From: Eledone cirrhosa
Taxonomy: Eukaryota
Direction: 5' to 3'
Assembly (NCBI GenBank): GCA_964016885.1
Contig: OZ024743.1
Span: 333,436,001-333,500,000, forward strand
DNA: 64,000 bases
The first letter of the stretch is position 1; every line of letters begins with the position of its first letter. The translations under genes and the position numbers were made by a program. Shown piece by piece: positions 33,101 to 48,100 of the stretch. The notes under the pieces are model-generated. The model was not told where the DNA came from and ran no database searches. It saw only the letters and a program-made list of their open reading frames with translations.

Positions 33101-36100
33101 AAAGAGTGTGGTGCCCCAGCATGGCTGCAGTTTAATGACTGAAACCAGTAAAGAGTGTAGTGCCCCATCATGGCTGCAGTTTGATGACTGAAACCAGTAA
33201 AGAGTTTAGTGCCCCATCATGGCTGCAGTTTGATGACTGAAACCAGTAAAGAGTGTAGTGCCCCATCATGGCTGCAGTTTGATGACTGAAACCAGTAAAG
33301 AGTGTAGTGCCCCATCATGGCTGCAGTTTGATGACTGAAACCAGTAAAGAGTGTAGTGCCCCATCATGGCTGCAGTTTGATGACTGAAACCAGTAAAGAG
33401 TGTGGTGCCCCAGCATGGCTGCAGTTTAATGACTGAAACCAGTAAAGAGTGTAGTGCCCCATCATGGCTGCAGTTTGATGACTGAAACCAGTAAAGAGTT
33501 TAGTGCCCCATCATGGCTGCAGTTTGATGACTGAAACCAGTAAAGAGTGTAGTGCCCCATCATGGCTGCAGTTTGATGACTGAAACCAGTAAAGAGTGTA
33601 GTGCCCCAGCATGGCTGCAGTTTGATGACTGAAACCAGTAAAGAGTGTAGTGCCCCAGCATGGCTGCAGTTTGATGACTGAAACCAGTAAAGAGTGTAGT
33701 GCCCCATCATGGCTGCAGTTTGATGACTGAAACCAGTAAAGAGTGTAGTGCCCCATCATGGCTGCAGTTTGATGACTGAAACCAGTAAAGAGTGTAGTGC
33801 CCCAGCATGGCTGCAGTTTGATGACTGAAACCAGTAAAGAGTGTGGTGCCCCATCATGGCTGCAGTTTAATGACTGAAACCAGTAAAGAGTGTAGTGCCC
33901 CAGCATGGCTGCAGTTTGATGACTGAAACCAGTAAAGAGTGTGGTGCCCCAGCATGGCTGCAGTTTGATGACTGAAACCAGTAAAGAGTGTAGTGCCCCA
34001 TCATGGCTGCAGTTTGATGACTGAAACCAGTAAAGAGTGTAGTGCCCCATCATGGCTGCAGTTTGATGACTGAAACCAGTAAAGAGTGTAGTGCCCCAGC
34101 ATGGCTGCAGTTTGACGACTGAAACCAGTAAAGAGTGTAGTGCCCCATCATGGCTGCAGTTTGATGACTGAAACCAGTAAAGAGTGTAGTGCCCCATCAT
34201 GGCTGCAGTTTGATGACTGAAACCAGTAAAGAGTGTAGTGCCCCAGCATGGCTGCAGTTTGACGACTGAAACCAGTAAAGAGTGTAGTGCCCCATCATGG
34301 CTGCAGTTTGATGACTGAAACCAGTAAAGAGTGTAGTGCCCCAGCATGGCTGCAGTTTGACGACTGAAACCAGTAAAGAGTGTAGTGCCCCATCATGGCT
34401 GCAGTTTGATGACTGAAACCAGTAAAGAGTGTAGTGCCCCATCATGGCTGCAGTTTGATGACTGAAACCAGTAAAGAGTGTAGTGCCTCAGCATGGCTGC
34501 AGTTTGATGACTGAAACCAGTAAAGAGTGTGGTGCCCCAGCATGGCTGCAGTTTAATGACTGAAACCAGTAAAGAGTGTGGTGCCCCAGCATGGCTGCAG
34601 TTTGATGACTGAAACCAGTAAAGAGTGTAGTGCCCCATCATGGCTGCAGTTTGATGACTGAAACCAGTAAAGAGTGTAGTGCCCCATCATGGCTGCAGTT
34701 TGATGACTGAAACCAGTAAAGAGTGTAGTGCCCCAGCATGGCTGCAGTTTGATGACTGAAACCAGTAAAGAGTGTGGTGCCCCAGCATGGCTGCAGTTTG
34801 ATGACTGAAACCAGTAAAGAGTGTGGTGCCCCAGCATGGCTGCAGTTTGATGACTGAAACCAGTAAAGAGTGTAGTGCCCCATCATGGCTGCAGTTTGAT
34901 GACTGAAACCAGTAAAGAGTGTAGTGCCCCATCATGGCTGCAGTTTGATGACTGAAACCAGTAAAGAGTGTAGTGCCCCAGCATGGCTGCAGTTTGATGA
35001 CTGAAACCAGTAAAGAGTGTGGTGCCCCAGCATGGCTGCAGTTTGATGACTGAAACCAGTAAAGAGTGTAGTGCCCCATCATGGCTGCAGTTTGATGACT
35101 GAAACCAGTAAAGAGTGTAGTGCCCCATCATGGCTGCAGTTTGATGACTGAAACCAGTAAAGAGTGTAGTGCCCCAGCATGGCTGCAGTTTGATGACTGA
35201 AACCAGTAAAGAGTGTGGTGCCCCAGCATGGCTGCAGTTTAATGACTGAAACCAGTAAAGAGTGTAGTGCCCCAGCATGGCTGCAGTTTGATGACTGAAA
35301 CCAGTAAAGAGTGTGGTGCTCCAGCATGGCTGCAGTTTGATGACTGAAACCAGTAAAGAGTGTAGTGCCCCATCATGGCTGCAGTTTGATGACTGAAACC
35401 AGTAAAGAGTGTAGTGCCCCAGCATGGCTGCAGTTTGATGACTGAAACCAGTAAAGAGTGTGGTGCTCCAGCATGGCTGCAGTTTGATGACTGAAACCAG
35501 TAAAGAGTGTAGTGCCCCATCATGGCTGCAGTTTGATGACTGAAACCAGTAAAGAGTGTAGTGCCCCAGCATGGCTGCAGTTTGATGACTGAAACCAGTA
35601 AAGAGTGTGGTGCTCCAGCATGGCTGCAGTTTGATGACTGAAACCAGTAAAGAGTGTAGTGCCCCAGCATGGCTGCAGTTTGATGACTGAAACCAGTAAA
35701 GAGTGTGGTGCCCCAGCATGGCTGCAGTTTAATGACTGAAACCAGTAAAGAGTGTAGTGCCCCATCATGGCTGCAGTTTGATGACTGAAACCAGTAAAGA
35801 GTGTGGTGCCCCAGCATGGCTGCAGTTTGATGACTGAAACCAGTAAAGAGTTTAGTGCCCCATCATGGCTGCAGTTTGATGACTGAAACCAGTAAAGAGT
35901 GTGGTGCTCCAGCATGGCTGCAGTTTGATGACTGAAACCAGTAAAGAGTGTAGTTCCCAGCATGGCTGCAGTTTGATGACTGAAACCAGTAAAGAGTGTA
36001 GTGCCCCAGCATGGCTGCAGTTTGATGACTGAAACCAGTAAAGAGTGTAGTGCCCCAGCATGGCTGCAGTTTAATGACTGAAACCAGTAAAGAGTGTAGT

Positions 36101-39100
36101 GCCCCAGCATGGCTGCAGTTTGATGACTGAAACCAGTAAAGAGTGTAGTGTCCCAGCATGGCTGCAGTTTAATGACTGAAACCAGTAAAGAGTTTAGTGC
36201 CCCATCATGGCTGCAGTTTGATGACTGAAACCAGTAAAGAGTGTAGTGCCCCATCATGGCTGCAGTTTGATGACTGAAACCAGTAAAGAGTGTAGTGCCC
36301 CAGCATGGCTGCAGTTTAATGACTGAAACCAGTAAAGAGTGTAGTGCCCCAGCATGGCTGCAGTTTGATGACTGAAACCAGTAAAGAGTGTGGTGCTCCA
36401 GCATGGCTGCAGTTTGATGACTGAAACCAGTAAAGAGTGTGGTGCTCCAGCATGGCTGCAGTTTGATGACTGAAACCAGTAAAGAGTGTAGTGCCCCAGC
36501 ATGGCTGCAGTTTGATGACTGAAACCAGTAAAGAGTGTAGTGCCCCAGCATGGCTGCAGTTTGATGACTGAAACCAGTAAAGAGTGTGGTGCTCCAGCAT
36601 GGCTGCAGTTTGATGACTGAAACCAGTAAAGAGTGTAGTGCCCCAGCATGGCTGCAGTTTGATGACTGAAACCAGTAAAGAGTGTGGTGCTCCAGCATGG
36701 CTGCAGTTTGATGACTGAAACCAGTAAAGAGTGTAGTGCCCCAGCATGGCTGCAGTTTAATGACTGAAACCAGTAAAGAGTGTAGTGCCCCATCATGGCT
36801 GCAGTTTGATGACTGAAACCAGTAAAGAGTGTGGTGCCCCAGCATGGCTGCAGTTTGATGACTGAAACCAGTAAAGAGTGTAGTGCCCCATCATGGCTGC
36901 AGTTTGATGACTGAAACCAGTAAAGAGTGTAGTGCCCCAGCATGGCTGCAGTTTGATGACTGAAACCAGTAAAGAGTGTGGTGCCCCAGCATGGCTGCAG
37001 TTTGATGACTGAAACCAGTAAAGAGTTTAGTGCCCCATCATGGCTGCAGTTTGATGACTGAAACCAGTAAAGAGTGTAGTGCCCCAGCATGGCTGCAGTT
37101 TGATGACTGAAACCAGTAAAGAGTGTGGTGCTCCAGCATGGCTGCAGTTTGATGACTGAAACCAGTAAAGAGTTTAGTGCCCCATCATGGCTGCAGTTTG
37201 ATGACTGAAACCAGTAGAGAGTGTAGTGCCCCATCATGGCTGCAGTCTGATGACTGAAACCAGTAAAGAGTGTGGTGCCCCAGCATGGCTGCAGTTTAAT
37301 GACTGAAACCAGTAAAGAGTGTAGTGCCCCATCATGGCTGCAGTTTGATGACTGAAACCAGTAAAGAGTGTGGTGCCCCAGCATGGCTGCAGTTTAATGA
37401 CTGAAACCTGTAAAGAGTGTGGTGCTCCAGCATGGCTGCAGTTTGATGACTGAAACCAGTAAAGAGTGTAGTGCCCCAGCATGGCTGCAGTTTGATGACT
37501 GAAACCTGTAAAGAGTGTGGTGCTCCAGCATGGCTGCAGTTTGATGACTGAAACCAGTAAAGAGTGTGGTGCCCCAGCATGGCTGCAGTTTAATGACTGA
37601 AACCAGTAAAGAGTGTGGTGCCCCAGCATGGCTGCAGTTTGATGACTGAAACCAGTAAAGAGTGTGGTGCCCCAGCATGGCTGCAGTTTGATGACTGAAA
37701 CCAGTAAAGAGTTTAGTGCCCCATCATGGCTGCAGTTTGATGACTGAAACCAGTAGAGAGTGTAGTGCCCCATCATGGCTGCAGTCTGATGACTGAAACC
37801 AGTAAAGAGTGTGGTGCCCCAGCATGGCTGCAGTTTAATGACTGAAACCAGTAAAGAGTGTAGTGCCCCATCATGGCTGCAGTTTGATGACTGAAACCAG
37901 TAAAGAGTGTGGTGCCCCAGCATGGCTGCAGTTTAATGACTGAAACCTGTAAAGAGTGTGGTGCTCCAGCATGGCTGCAGTTTGATGACTGAAACCAGTA
38001 AAGAGTGTAGTGCCCCAGCATGGCTGCAGTTTGATGACTGAAACCTGTAAAGAGTGTGGTGCTCCAGCATGGCTGCAGTTTGATGACTGAAACCAGTAAA
38101 GAGTGTGGTGCCCCAGCATGGCTGCAGTTTAATGACTGAAACCAGTAAAGAGTGTAGTGCCCCATCATGGCTGCAGTTTGATGACTGAAACCAGTAAAGA
38201 GTGTAGTGCCCCAGCATGGCTGCAGTTTAATGACTGAAACCAGTAAAGAGTGTAGTGCCCCAGCATGGCTGCAGTTTGATGACTGAAACCAGTAAAGAGT
38301 GTGGTGCTCCAGCATGGCTGCAGTTTGATGACTGAAACCAGTAAAGAGTGTAGTGCCCCATCATGGCTGCAGTTTGATGACTGAAACCAGTAAAGAGTGT
38401 GGTGCCCCAGCATGGCTGCAGTTTAATGACTGAAACCAGTAAAGAGTGTGGTGCTCCAGCATGGCTGCAGTTTGATGACTGAAACCAGTAAAGAGTGTAG
38501 TGCCCCATCATGGCTGCAGTTTGATGACTGAAACCAGTAAAGAGTGTGGTGCCCCAGCATGGCTGCAGTTTAATGACTGAAACCAGTAAAGAGTGTGGTG
38601 CTCCAGCATGGCTGCAGTTTGATGACTGAAACCAGTAAAGAGTGTAGTGCCCCATCATGGCTGCAGTTTGATGACTGAAACCAGTAAAGAGTGTAGTGCC
38701 CCAGCATGGCTGCAGTTTAATGACTGAAACCAGTAAAGAGTGTAGTGCCCCAGCATGGCTGCAGTTTGATGACTGAAACCAGTAAAGAGTATGGTGCTCC
38801 AGCATGGCTGCAGTTTGATGACTGAAACCAGTAAAGAGTGTAGTGCCCCATCATGGCTGCAGTTTGATGACTGAAACCAGTAAAGAGTGTAGTGCCCCAG
38901 CATGGCTGCAGTTTGATGACTGAAACCAGTAAAGAGTGTGGTGCTCCAGCATGGCTGCAGTTTGATGACTGGAACCAGTAAAGAGTGTAGTGCCCCAGCA
39001 TGGCTGCAGTTTGATGACTGAAACCAGTAAAGAGTGTAGTGCCCCAGCATGGCTGCAGTTTGATGACTGAAACCAGTAAAGAGTGTGGTGCTCCAGCATG

Positions 39101-42100
39101 GCTGCAGTTTGATGACTGAAACCAGTAAAGAGTGTGGTGCTCCAGCATGGCTGTAGTTTGATGACTGAAACCAGTAAAGAGTGTAGTGCCCCAGCATGGC
39201 TGCAGTTTGATGACTGAAACCAGTAAAGAGTGTAGTGCCCCAGCATGGCTGCAGTTTGATGACTGAAACCAGTAAAGAGTGTGGTGCTCCAGCATGGCTG
39301 CAGTTTGATGACTGAAACCAGTAAAGAGTGTAGTGCCCCAGCATGGCTGCAGTTTGATGACTGAAACCAGTAAAGAGTGTGGTGCTCCAGCATGGCTGCA
39401 GTTTGATGACTGAAACCAGTAAAGAGTGTAGTGCCCCAGCATGGCTGCAGTTTAATGACTGAAACCAGTAAAGAGTGTAGTGCCCCATCATGGCTGCAGT
39501 TTGATGACTGAAACCAGTAAAGAGTGTAGTGCCCCATCATGGCTGCAGTTTGATGACTGAAACCAGTAAAGAGTGTAGTGCCCCATCATGGCTGCAGTTT
39601 GATGACTGAAACCAGTAAAGAGTGTGGTGCCCCAGCATGGCTGCAGTTTAATGACTGAAACCAGTAAAGAGTGTAGTGCCCCATCATGGCTGCAGTTTGA
39701 TGACTGAAACCAGTAAAGAGTGAGGTGCCCCAGCATGGCTGCAGTTTAATGACTGAAACCAGTAAAGAGTGTGGTGCTCCAGCATGGCTGCAGTTTAATG
39801 ACTGAAACCAGTAAAGAGTGTAGTGCCCCATCATGGCTGCAGTTTGATGACTGAAACCAGTAAAGAGTGAGGTGCCCCAGCATGGCTGCAGTTTAATGAC
39901 TGAAACCAGTAAAGAGTGTGGTGCTCCAGCATGGCTGCAGTTTAATGACTGAAACCAGTAAAGAGTGTAGTGCCCCATCATGGCTGCAGTTTAATGACTG
40001 AAACCAGTAAAGAGTGTAGTGCCCCATCATGGCTGCAGTTTGATGACTGAAACCAGTAAAGAGTGTGGTGCCCCAGCATGGCTGCAGTTTAATGACTGAA
40101 ACCAGTAAAGAGTGTAGTGCCCCATCATGGCTGCAGTTTGATGACTGAAACCAGTAAAGAGTGTGGTGCTCCAGCATGGCTGCAGTTTGATGACTGAAAC
40201 CAGTAAAGAGTGTGGTGCTCCAGCATGGCTGCAGTTTGATGACTGAAACCAGTAAAGAGTGTAGTGCCCCATCATGGCTGCAGTTTGATGACTGAAACCA
40301 GTAAAGAGTGTGGTGCTCCAGCATGGCTGCAGTTTGATGACTGAAACCAGTAAAGAGTGTGGTGCTCCAGCATGGCTGCAGTTTGATGACTGAAACCAGT
40401 AAAGAGTGTAGTGCCCCAGCATGGCTGCAGTTTGATGACTGAAACCAGTAAAGAGTGTGGTGCTCCAGCATGGCTGCAGTTTGATGACTGAAACCAGTAA
40501 AGAGTGTAGTGCCCCATCATGGCTGCAGTTTGATTACTGAAACCAGTAAAGAGTGTAGTGCTCCATCATGGCTGCAGTTTGATGACTGAAACCAGTAAAG
40601 AGTGTAGTGCCCCAGCATGGCTGCAGTTTGATGACTGAAACCAGTAAAGAGTGTGGTGCTCCAGCATGGCTGCAGTTTGATGACTGAAACCAGTAAAGAG
40701 TGTAGTGCCCCATCATGGCTGCAGTTTGATGACTGAAACCAGTAAAGAGTGTAGTGCCCCAGCATGGCTGCAGTTTGATGACTGAAACCAGTAAAGAGTG
40801 TAGTGCCCCAGCATGGCTGCAGTTTGATGACTGAAACCAGTAAAGAGTGTGGTGCCCCAGCATGGCTGCAGTTTGATGACTGAAACCAGTAAAGAGTGTG
40901 GTGCTCCAGCATGGCTGCAGTTTGATGACTGAAACCAGTAAAGAGTGTAGTGCCCCAGCATGGCTGCAGTTTGATGACTGAAACCAGTAAAGAGTGTGGT
41001 GCCCCAGCATGGCTGCAGTTTGATGACTGAAACCAGTAAAGAGTGTAGTGCCCCAGCATGGCTGCAGTTTAATGACTGAAACCAGTAAAGAGTGTAGTGC
41101 CCCATCATAGCTGCAGTTTGATGACTGAAACCAGTAAAGAGTGTAGTGCCCCAGCATGGCTGCAGTTTGATGACTGAAACCAGTAAAGAGTGTGGTGCCC
41201 CAGCATGGCTGCAGTTTAATGACTGAAACCTGTAAAGAGTGTAGTGCCCCAGCATGGCTGCAGTTTGATGACTGAAACCAGTAAAGAGTGTGGTGCCCCA
41301 GCATGGCTGCAGTTTAATGACTGAAACCAGTAAAGAGTGTAGTGCCCCATCATGGCTGCAGTTTGATGACTGAAACCAGTAAAGAGTGTGGTGCCCCAGC
41401 ATGGCTGCAGTTTGATGACTGAAACCAGTAAAGAGTTTAGTGCCCCATCATGGCTGCAGTTTGATGACTGAAACCAGTAAAGAGTGTAGTGCCCCATCAT
41501 GGCTGCAGTTTGATGACTGAAACCAGTAAAGAGTGTAGTGCCCCATGATGGCTGCAGTTTGATGACTGAAACCAGTAAAGAGTGTGGTGCCCCAGCATGG
41601 CTGCAGTTTAATGACTGAAACCAGTAAAGAGTGTAGTGCCCCATCATGGCTGCAGTTTGATGACTGAAACCAGTAAAGAGTGTGGTGCCCCAGCATGGCT
41701 GCAGTTTAATGACTGAAACCAGTAAAGAGTGTAGTGTCCCATCATGGCTGCAGTTTGATGACTGAAACCAGTAAAGAGTGTGGTGCTCCAGCATGGCTGC
41801 AGTTTAATGACTGAAACCAGTAAAGAGTGTAGTGTCCCAGCATGGCTGCAGTTTGATGACTGAAACCAGTAAAGAGTGTGGTGCTCCATCATGGCTGCAG
41901 TTTGATGACTGAAACCAGTAAAGAGTGTGGTGCTCCATCATGGCTGCAGTTTGATGACTGAAACCAGTAAAGAGTGTAGTGCCCCATCACGGCTGCAGTT
42001 TGATGACTGAAACCAGTAAAGAGTGTAGTGCCCCATCATGGCTGCAGTTTGATGACTGAAACCAGTAAAGAGTGTAGTGCCCCATCATGGCTGCAGTTTG

Positions 42101-45100
42101 ATGACTGAAACCAGTAAAGAGTGTGGTGCCCCAGCATGGCTGCAGTTTGATGACTGAAACCAGTAAAGAGTGTAGTGCCCCATCATGGCTGCAGTTTGAT
42201 GACTGAAACCAGTAAAGAGTGTGGTGCCCCATCATGGCTGCAGTTTGATGACTGAAACCAGTAAAGAGTGTGGTGCTCCCACATGGCTGCAGTTTGATGA
42301 CTGAAACCAGTAAAGAGTGTAGTGTCCCAGCATGGCTGCAGTTTGACGACTGAAACCAGTAAAGAGTGTAGTGCCCCATCATGGCTGCAGTTTGATGACT
42401 GAAACCAGTAAAGAGTGTAGTGACCCATCATGGCTGCAGTTTGATGACTGAAACCAGTAAAGAGTGTAGTGCCCCAGCATGGCTGCAGTTTAATGACTGA
42501 AACCAGTAAAGAGTGTAGTGCCCCAGCATGGCTGCAGTTTGATGACTGAAACCAGTAAAGAGTGTGGTGCTCCAGCATGGCTGCAGTTTGATGACTGAAA
42601 CCAGTAAAGAGTGTAGTGCCCCAGCATGGCTGCAGTTTGATGACTGAAACCAGTAAAGAGTGTGGTGCTCCAGCATGGCTGCAGTTTGATGACTGAAACC
42701 AGTAAAGAGTGTAGTGCCCCAGCATGGCTGCAGTTTGATGACTGAAACCAGTAAAGAGTGTAGTGCCCCAGCATGGCTGCAGTTTGATGACTGAAACCAG
42801 TAAAGAGTGTGGTGCTCCAGCATGGCTGCAGTTTGATGACTGAAACCAGTAAAGAGTGTAGTGCCCCAGCATGGCTGCAGTTTGATGACTGAAACCAGTA
42901 AAGAGTGTGGTGCTCCAGCATGGCTGCAGTTTGATGACTGAAACCAGTAAAGAGTGTAGTGCCCCAGCATGGCTGCAGTTTAATGACTGAAACCAGTAAA
43001 GAGTGTAGTGCCCCATCATGGCTGCAGTTTGATGACTGAAACCAGTAAAGAGTGTGGTGCCCCAGCATGGCTGCAGTTTGATGACTGAAACCAGTAAAGA
43101 GTGTAGTGCCCCATGATGGCTGCAGTTTGATGACTGAAACCAGTAAAGAGTGTAGTGCCCCAGCATGGCTGCAGTTTAATGACTGAAACCAGTAAAGAGT
43201 GTGGTTCCCCAGCATGGCTGCAGTTTGATGACTGAAACCAGTAAAGAGTTTAGTGCCCCATCATGGCTGCAGTTTGATGACTGAAACCAGTAAAGAGTGT
43301 GGTGCCCCAGCATGGCTGCAGTTTAATGACTGAAACCAGTAAAGAGTGTAGTGCCCCATCATGGCTGCAGTCTGATGACTGAAACCAGTAAAGAGTGTGG
43401 TGCTCCAGCATGGCTGCAGTTTAATGACTGAAACCAGTAAAGAGTGTGGTGCCCCAGCATGGCTGCAGTCTGATGACTGAAACCAGTAAAGAGTGTGGTG
43501 CTCCAGCATGGCTGCAGTTTAATGACTGAAACCAGTAAAGAGTGTGGTGCTCCAGCATGGCTGCAGTTTAATGACTGAAACCAGTAAAGAGTGTGGTGCC
43601 CCATCATGGCTGCAGTTTGATGACTGAAACCAGTAAAGAGTGTAGTGCCCCATCATGGCTGCAGTTTGATGACTGAAACCAGTAAAGAGTGTGGTGCCCC
43701 AGCATGGCTGCAGTTTGATGACTGAAACCAGTAAAGAGTGTAGTGCCCCATCATGGCTGCAGTTTAATGACTGAAACCAGTAAAGAGTGTAGTGCCCCAT
43801 CATGGCTGCAGTTTGATGACTGAAACCAGTAAAGAGTTTAGTGCCCCATCATGGCTGCAGTTTGATGACTGAAACCAGTAAAGAGTGTGGTGCCCCAGCA
43901 TGGCTGCAGTTTAATGACTGAAACCAGTAAAGAGTGTAGTGCCCCATCATGGCTGCAGTCTGATGACTGAAACCAGTAAAGAGTGTAGTGCCCCATCATG
44001 GCTGCAGTTTGATGACTGAAACCAGTAAAGAGTTTAGTGCCCCATCATGGCTGCAGTTTGATGACTGAAACCAGTAAAGAGTGTAGTGCCCCATCATGGC
44101 TGCAGTTTGATGACTGAAACCAGTAAAGAGTGTAGTGCCCCAGCATGGCTGCAGTTTAATGACTGAAACCTGTAAAGAGTGTAGTGCCCCAGCATGGCTG
44201 CAGTTTGATGACTGAAACCAGTAAAGAGTGTGGTGCCCCAGCATGGCTGCAGTTTAATGACTGAAACCAGTAAAGAGTGTAGTGCCCCATGATGGCTGCA
44301 GTTTGATGACTGAAACCAGTAAAGAGTGTGGTGCTCCAGCATGGCTGCAGTTTGATGACTGAAACCAGTAAAGAGTGTAGTGCCCCATCATGGCTGCAGT
44401 TTGATGACTGAAACCAGTAAAGAGTGTAGTGCCCCAGCATGGCTGCAGTTTAATGACTGAAACCAGTAAAGAGTGTAGTGCCCCAGCATGGCTGCAGTTT
44501 GATGACTGAAACCAGTAAAGAGTGTGGTGCTCCAGCATGGCTGCAGTTTGATGACTGAAACCAGTAAAGAGTGTAGTGCCCCATCATGGCTGCAGTTTGA
44601 TGACTGAAACCAGTAAAGAGTGTGGTGCTCCAGCATGGCTGCAGTTTGATGACTGAAACCAGTAAAGAGTGTAGTGCCCCAGCATGGCTGCAGTTTGATG
44701 ACTGAAACCAGTAAAGAGTGTAGTGCCCCAGCATGGCTGCAGTTTGATGACTGAAACCAGTAAAGAGTGTGGTGCTCCAGCATGGCTGCAGTTTGATGAC
44801 TGAAACCAGTAAAGAGTGTAGTGCCCCAGCATGGCTGCAGTTTGATGACTGAAACCAGTAAAGAGTGTGGTGCTCCAGCATGGCTGCAGTTTGATGACTG
44901 AAACCAGTAAAGAGTGTAGTGCCCCAGCATGGCTGCAGTTTAATGACTGAAACCAGTAAAGAGTGTAGTGCCCCATCATGGCTGCAGTTTGATGACTGAA
45001 ACCAGTAAAGAGTGTAGTGCCCCATCATGGCTGCAGTTTGATGACTGAAACCAGTAAAGAGTGTGGTTCCCCAGCATGGCTGCAGTTTGATGACTGAAAC

Positions 45101-48100
45101 CAGTAAAGAGTGTGGTGCCCCATCATGGCTGCAGTTTGATGACTGAAACCAGTAAAGAGTTTAGTGCCCCATCATGGCTGCAGTTTGATGACTGAAACCA
45201 GTAAAGAGTGTAGTGCCCCATCATGGCTGCAGTTTGATGACTGAAACCAGTAAAGAGTGTGGTGCTCCAGCATGGCTGCAGTTTGATGACTGAAACCAGT
45301 AAAGAGTGTAGTGCCCCATTATGGCTGCAGTTTGATGATTGAAACCAGTAAAGAGTGTGGTGCCCCAGCATGGCTGCAGTTTGATGACTGAAACCAGTAA
45401 AGAGTTTAGTGCCCCATCATGGCTGCAGTTTAATGACTGAAACCAGTAAAGAGTGTGGTGCCCCAGCATGGCTGCAGTTTGATGACTGAAACCAGTAAAG
45501 AGTGTAGTGCCCCAGCATGGCTGCAGTTTGATGACTGAAACCAGTAAAGAGTGTAGTGCCCCATCATGGCTGCAGTTTGATGACTGAAACCAGTAAAGAG
45601 TGTAGTGCCCCAGCATGGCTGCAGTTTGATGACTGAAACCAGTAAAGAGTGTAGTGCCCCATCATGGCTGCAGTTTGATGACTGAAACCAGTAAAGAGTG
45701 TAGTGCCCCAGCATGGCTGCAGTTTGATGACTGAAACCAGTAAAGAGTGTAGTGCCCCAGCATGGCTGCAGTTTGATGACTGAAACCAGTAAAGAGTGTA
45801 GTGCCCCATCATGGCTGCAGTTTGATGACTGAAACCAGTAAAGAGTGTAGTGCCCCAGCATGGCTGCAGTTTGATGACTGAAACCAGTAAAGAGTGTAGT
45901 GCCCCATCATGGCTGCAGTTTGATGACTGAAACCAGTAAAGAGTGTAGTGCCCCAGCATGGCTGCAGTTTGATGACTGAAACCAGTAAAGAGTGTAGTGC
46001 CCCATCATGGCTGCAGTTTGATGACTGAAACCAGTAAAGAGTGTAGTGCCCAATCATGGCTGCAGTTTGATGACTGAAACCAGTAAAGAGTGTGGTGCCC
46101 CAGCATGGCTGCAGTTTAATGACTGAAACCTGTAAAGAGTGTAGTGCCCCAGCATGGCTGCAGTTTGATGACTGAAACCAGTAAAGAGTGTAGTGCCCCA
46201 GCACGGCTGCAGTTTGATGACTGAAATCAGTAAAGAGTGTGGTGCCCCAGCATGGCTGCAGTTTAATGACTGAAACCAGTAAAGAGTGTAGTGCCCCATC
46301 ATGGCTGCAGTTTGATGACTGAAACCAGTAAAGAGTGTAGTGCCCCAGCATGGCTGCAGTTTGATGACTGAAATCAGTAAAGAGTGTGGTGCCCCAGCAT
46401 GGCTGCAGTTTAATGACTGAAACCAGTAAAGAGTGTAGTGCCCCATCATGGCTGCAGTTTGATGACTGAAATCAGTAAAGAGTGTGGTGCTCCAGCATGG
46501 CTGCAGTTTGATGACTGAAACCAGTAAAGAGTGTAGTGCCCCAGCATGGCTGCAGTTTGATGACTGAAATCAGTAAAGAGTGTGGTGCTCCAGCATGGCT
46601 GCAGTTTGATGACTGAAACCAGTAAAGAGTGTAGTGTCCCATCATGGCTGCAGTTTGACGACTGAAACCAGTAAAGAGTGTAGTGCCCCAGCATGGCTGC
46701 AGTTTAATAACTGAAACCTGTAAAGAGTGTAGTGCCCCAGCATGGCTGCAGTTTGATGACTGAAACCAGTAAAGAGTGTGGTGCCCCAGCATGGCTGCAG
46801 TTTAATGACTGAAACCAGTAAAGAGTGTAGTGCCCCATCATGGCTGCAGTTTGATGACTGAAACCAGTAAAGAGTGTAGTGCCCCAGCATGGCTGCAGTT
46901 TGATGACTGAAATCAGTAAAGAGTGTGGTGCTCCAGCATGGCTGCAGTTTGATGACTGAAACCAGTAAAGAGTGTAGTGCCCCATCATGGCTGCAGTTTG
47001 ATGACTGAAACCAGTAAAGAGTGTAGTGCCCCATCATGGCTGCAGTTTGATGACTGAAACCAGTAAAGAGTGTGGTGCCCCAGCATGGCTGCAGTTTAAT
47101 GACTGAAACCAGTAAAGAGTGTGGTGCCCCAGCATGGCTGCAGTTTGATGACTGAAACCAGTAAAGAGTGTAGTGCCCCATCATGGCTGCAGTTTGATGA
47201 CTGAAACCAGTAAAGAGTGTAGTGCCCCAGCATGGCTGCAGTTTGATGACTGAAACCAGTAAAGAGTGTAGTGCCCCATCATGGCTGCAGTTTGATGACT
47301 GAAACCAGTAAAGAGTGTGGTGCCCCAGCATGGCTGCAGTTTAATGACTGAAACCAGTAAAGAGTGTAGTGCCCCATCATGGCTGCAGTTTGATGACTGA
47401 AACCAGTAAAGAGTGTGGTGCCCCAGCATGGCTGCAGTTTGATGACTGAAACCAGTAAAGAGTTTAGTGCCCCATCATGGCTGCAGTTTGATGACTGAAA
47501 CCAGTAAAGAGTGTAGTGCCCCATGATGGCTGCAGTTTGATGACTGAAACCAGTAAAGAGTGTGGTGCCCCAGCATGGCTGCAGTTTAATGACTGAAACC
47601 AGTAAAGAGTGTAGTGCCCCATCATGGCTGCAGTTTGATGACTGAAACCAGTAAAGAGTGTGGTGCCCCAGCATGGCTGCAGTTTAATGACTGAAACCTG
47701 TAAAGAGTGTAGTGCCCCAGCATGGCTGCAGTTTGATGACTGAAACCAGTAAAGAGTGTGGTGCCCCAGCATGGCTGCAGTTTAATGACTGAAACCAGTA
47801 AAGAGTGTAGTGCCCCATCATGGCTGCAGTTTGATGACTGAAACCAGTAAAGAGTGTGGTGCTCCAGCATGGCTGCAGTTTGATGACTGAAACCAGTAAA
47901 GAGTGTAGTGCCCCATCATGGCTGCAGTTTGATGACTGAAACCAGTAAAGAGTGTGGTGCCCCAGCATGGCTGCAGTTTAATGACTGAAACCAGTAAAGA
48001 GTGTAGTGCCCCATCATGGCTGCAGTTTGATGACTGAAACCAGTAAAGAGTGTGGTGCCCCAGCATGGCTGCAGTTTGATGACTGAAACCAGTAAAGAGT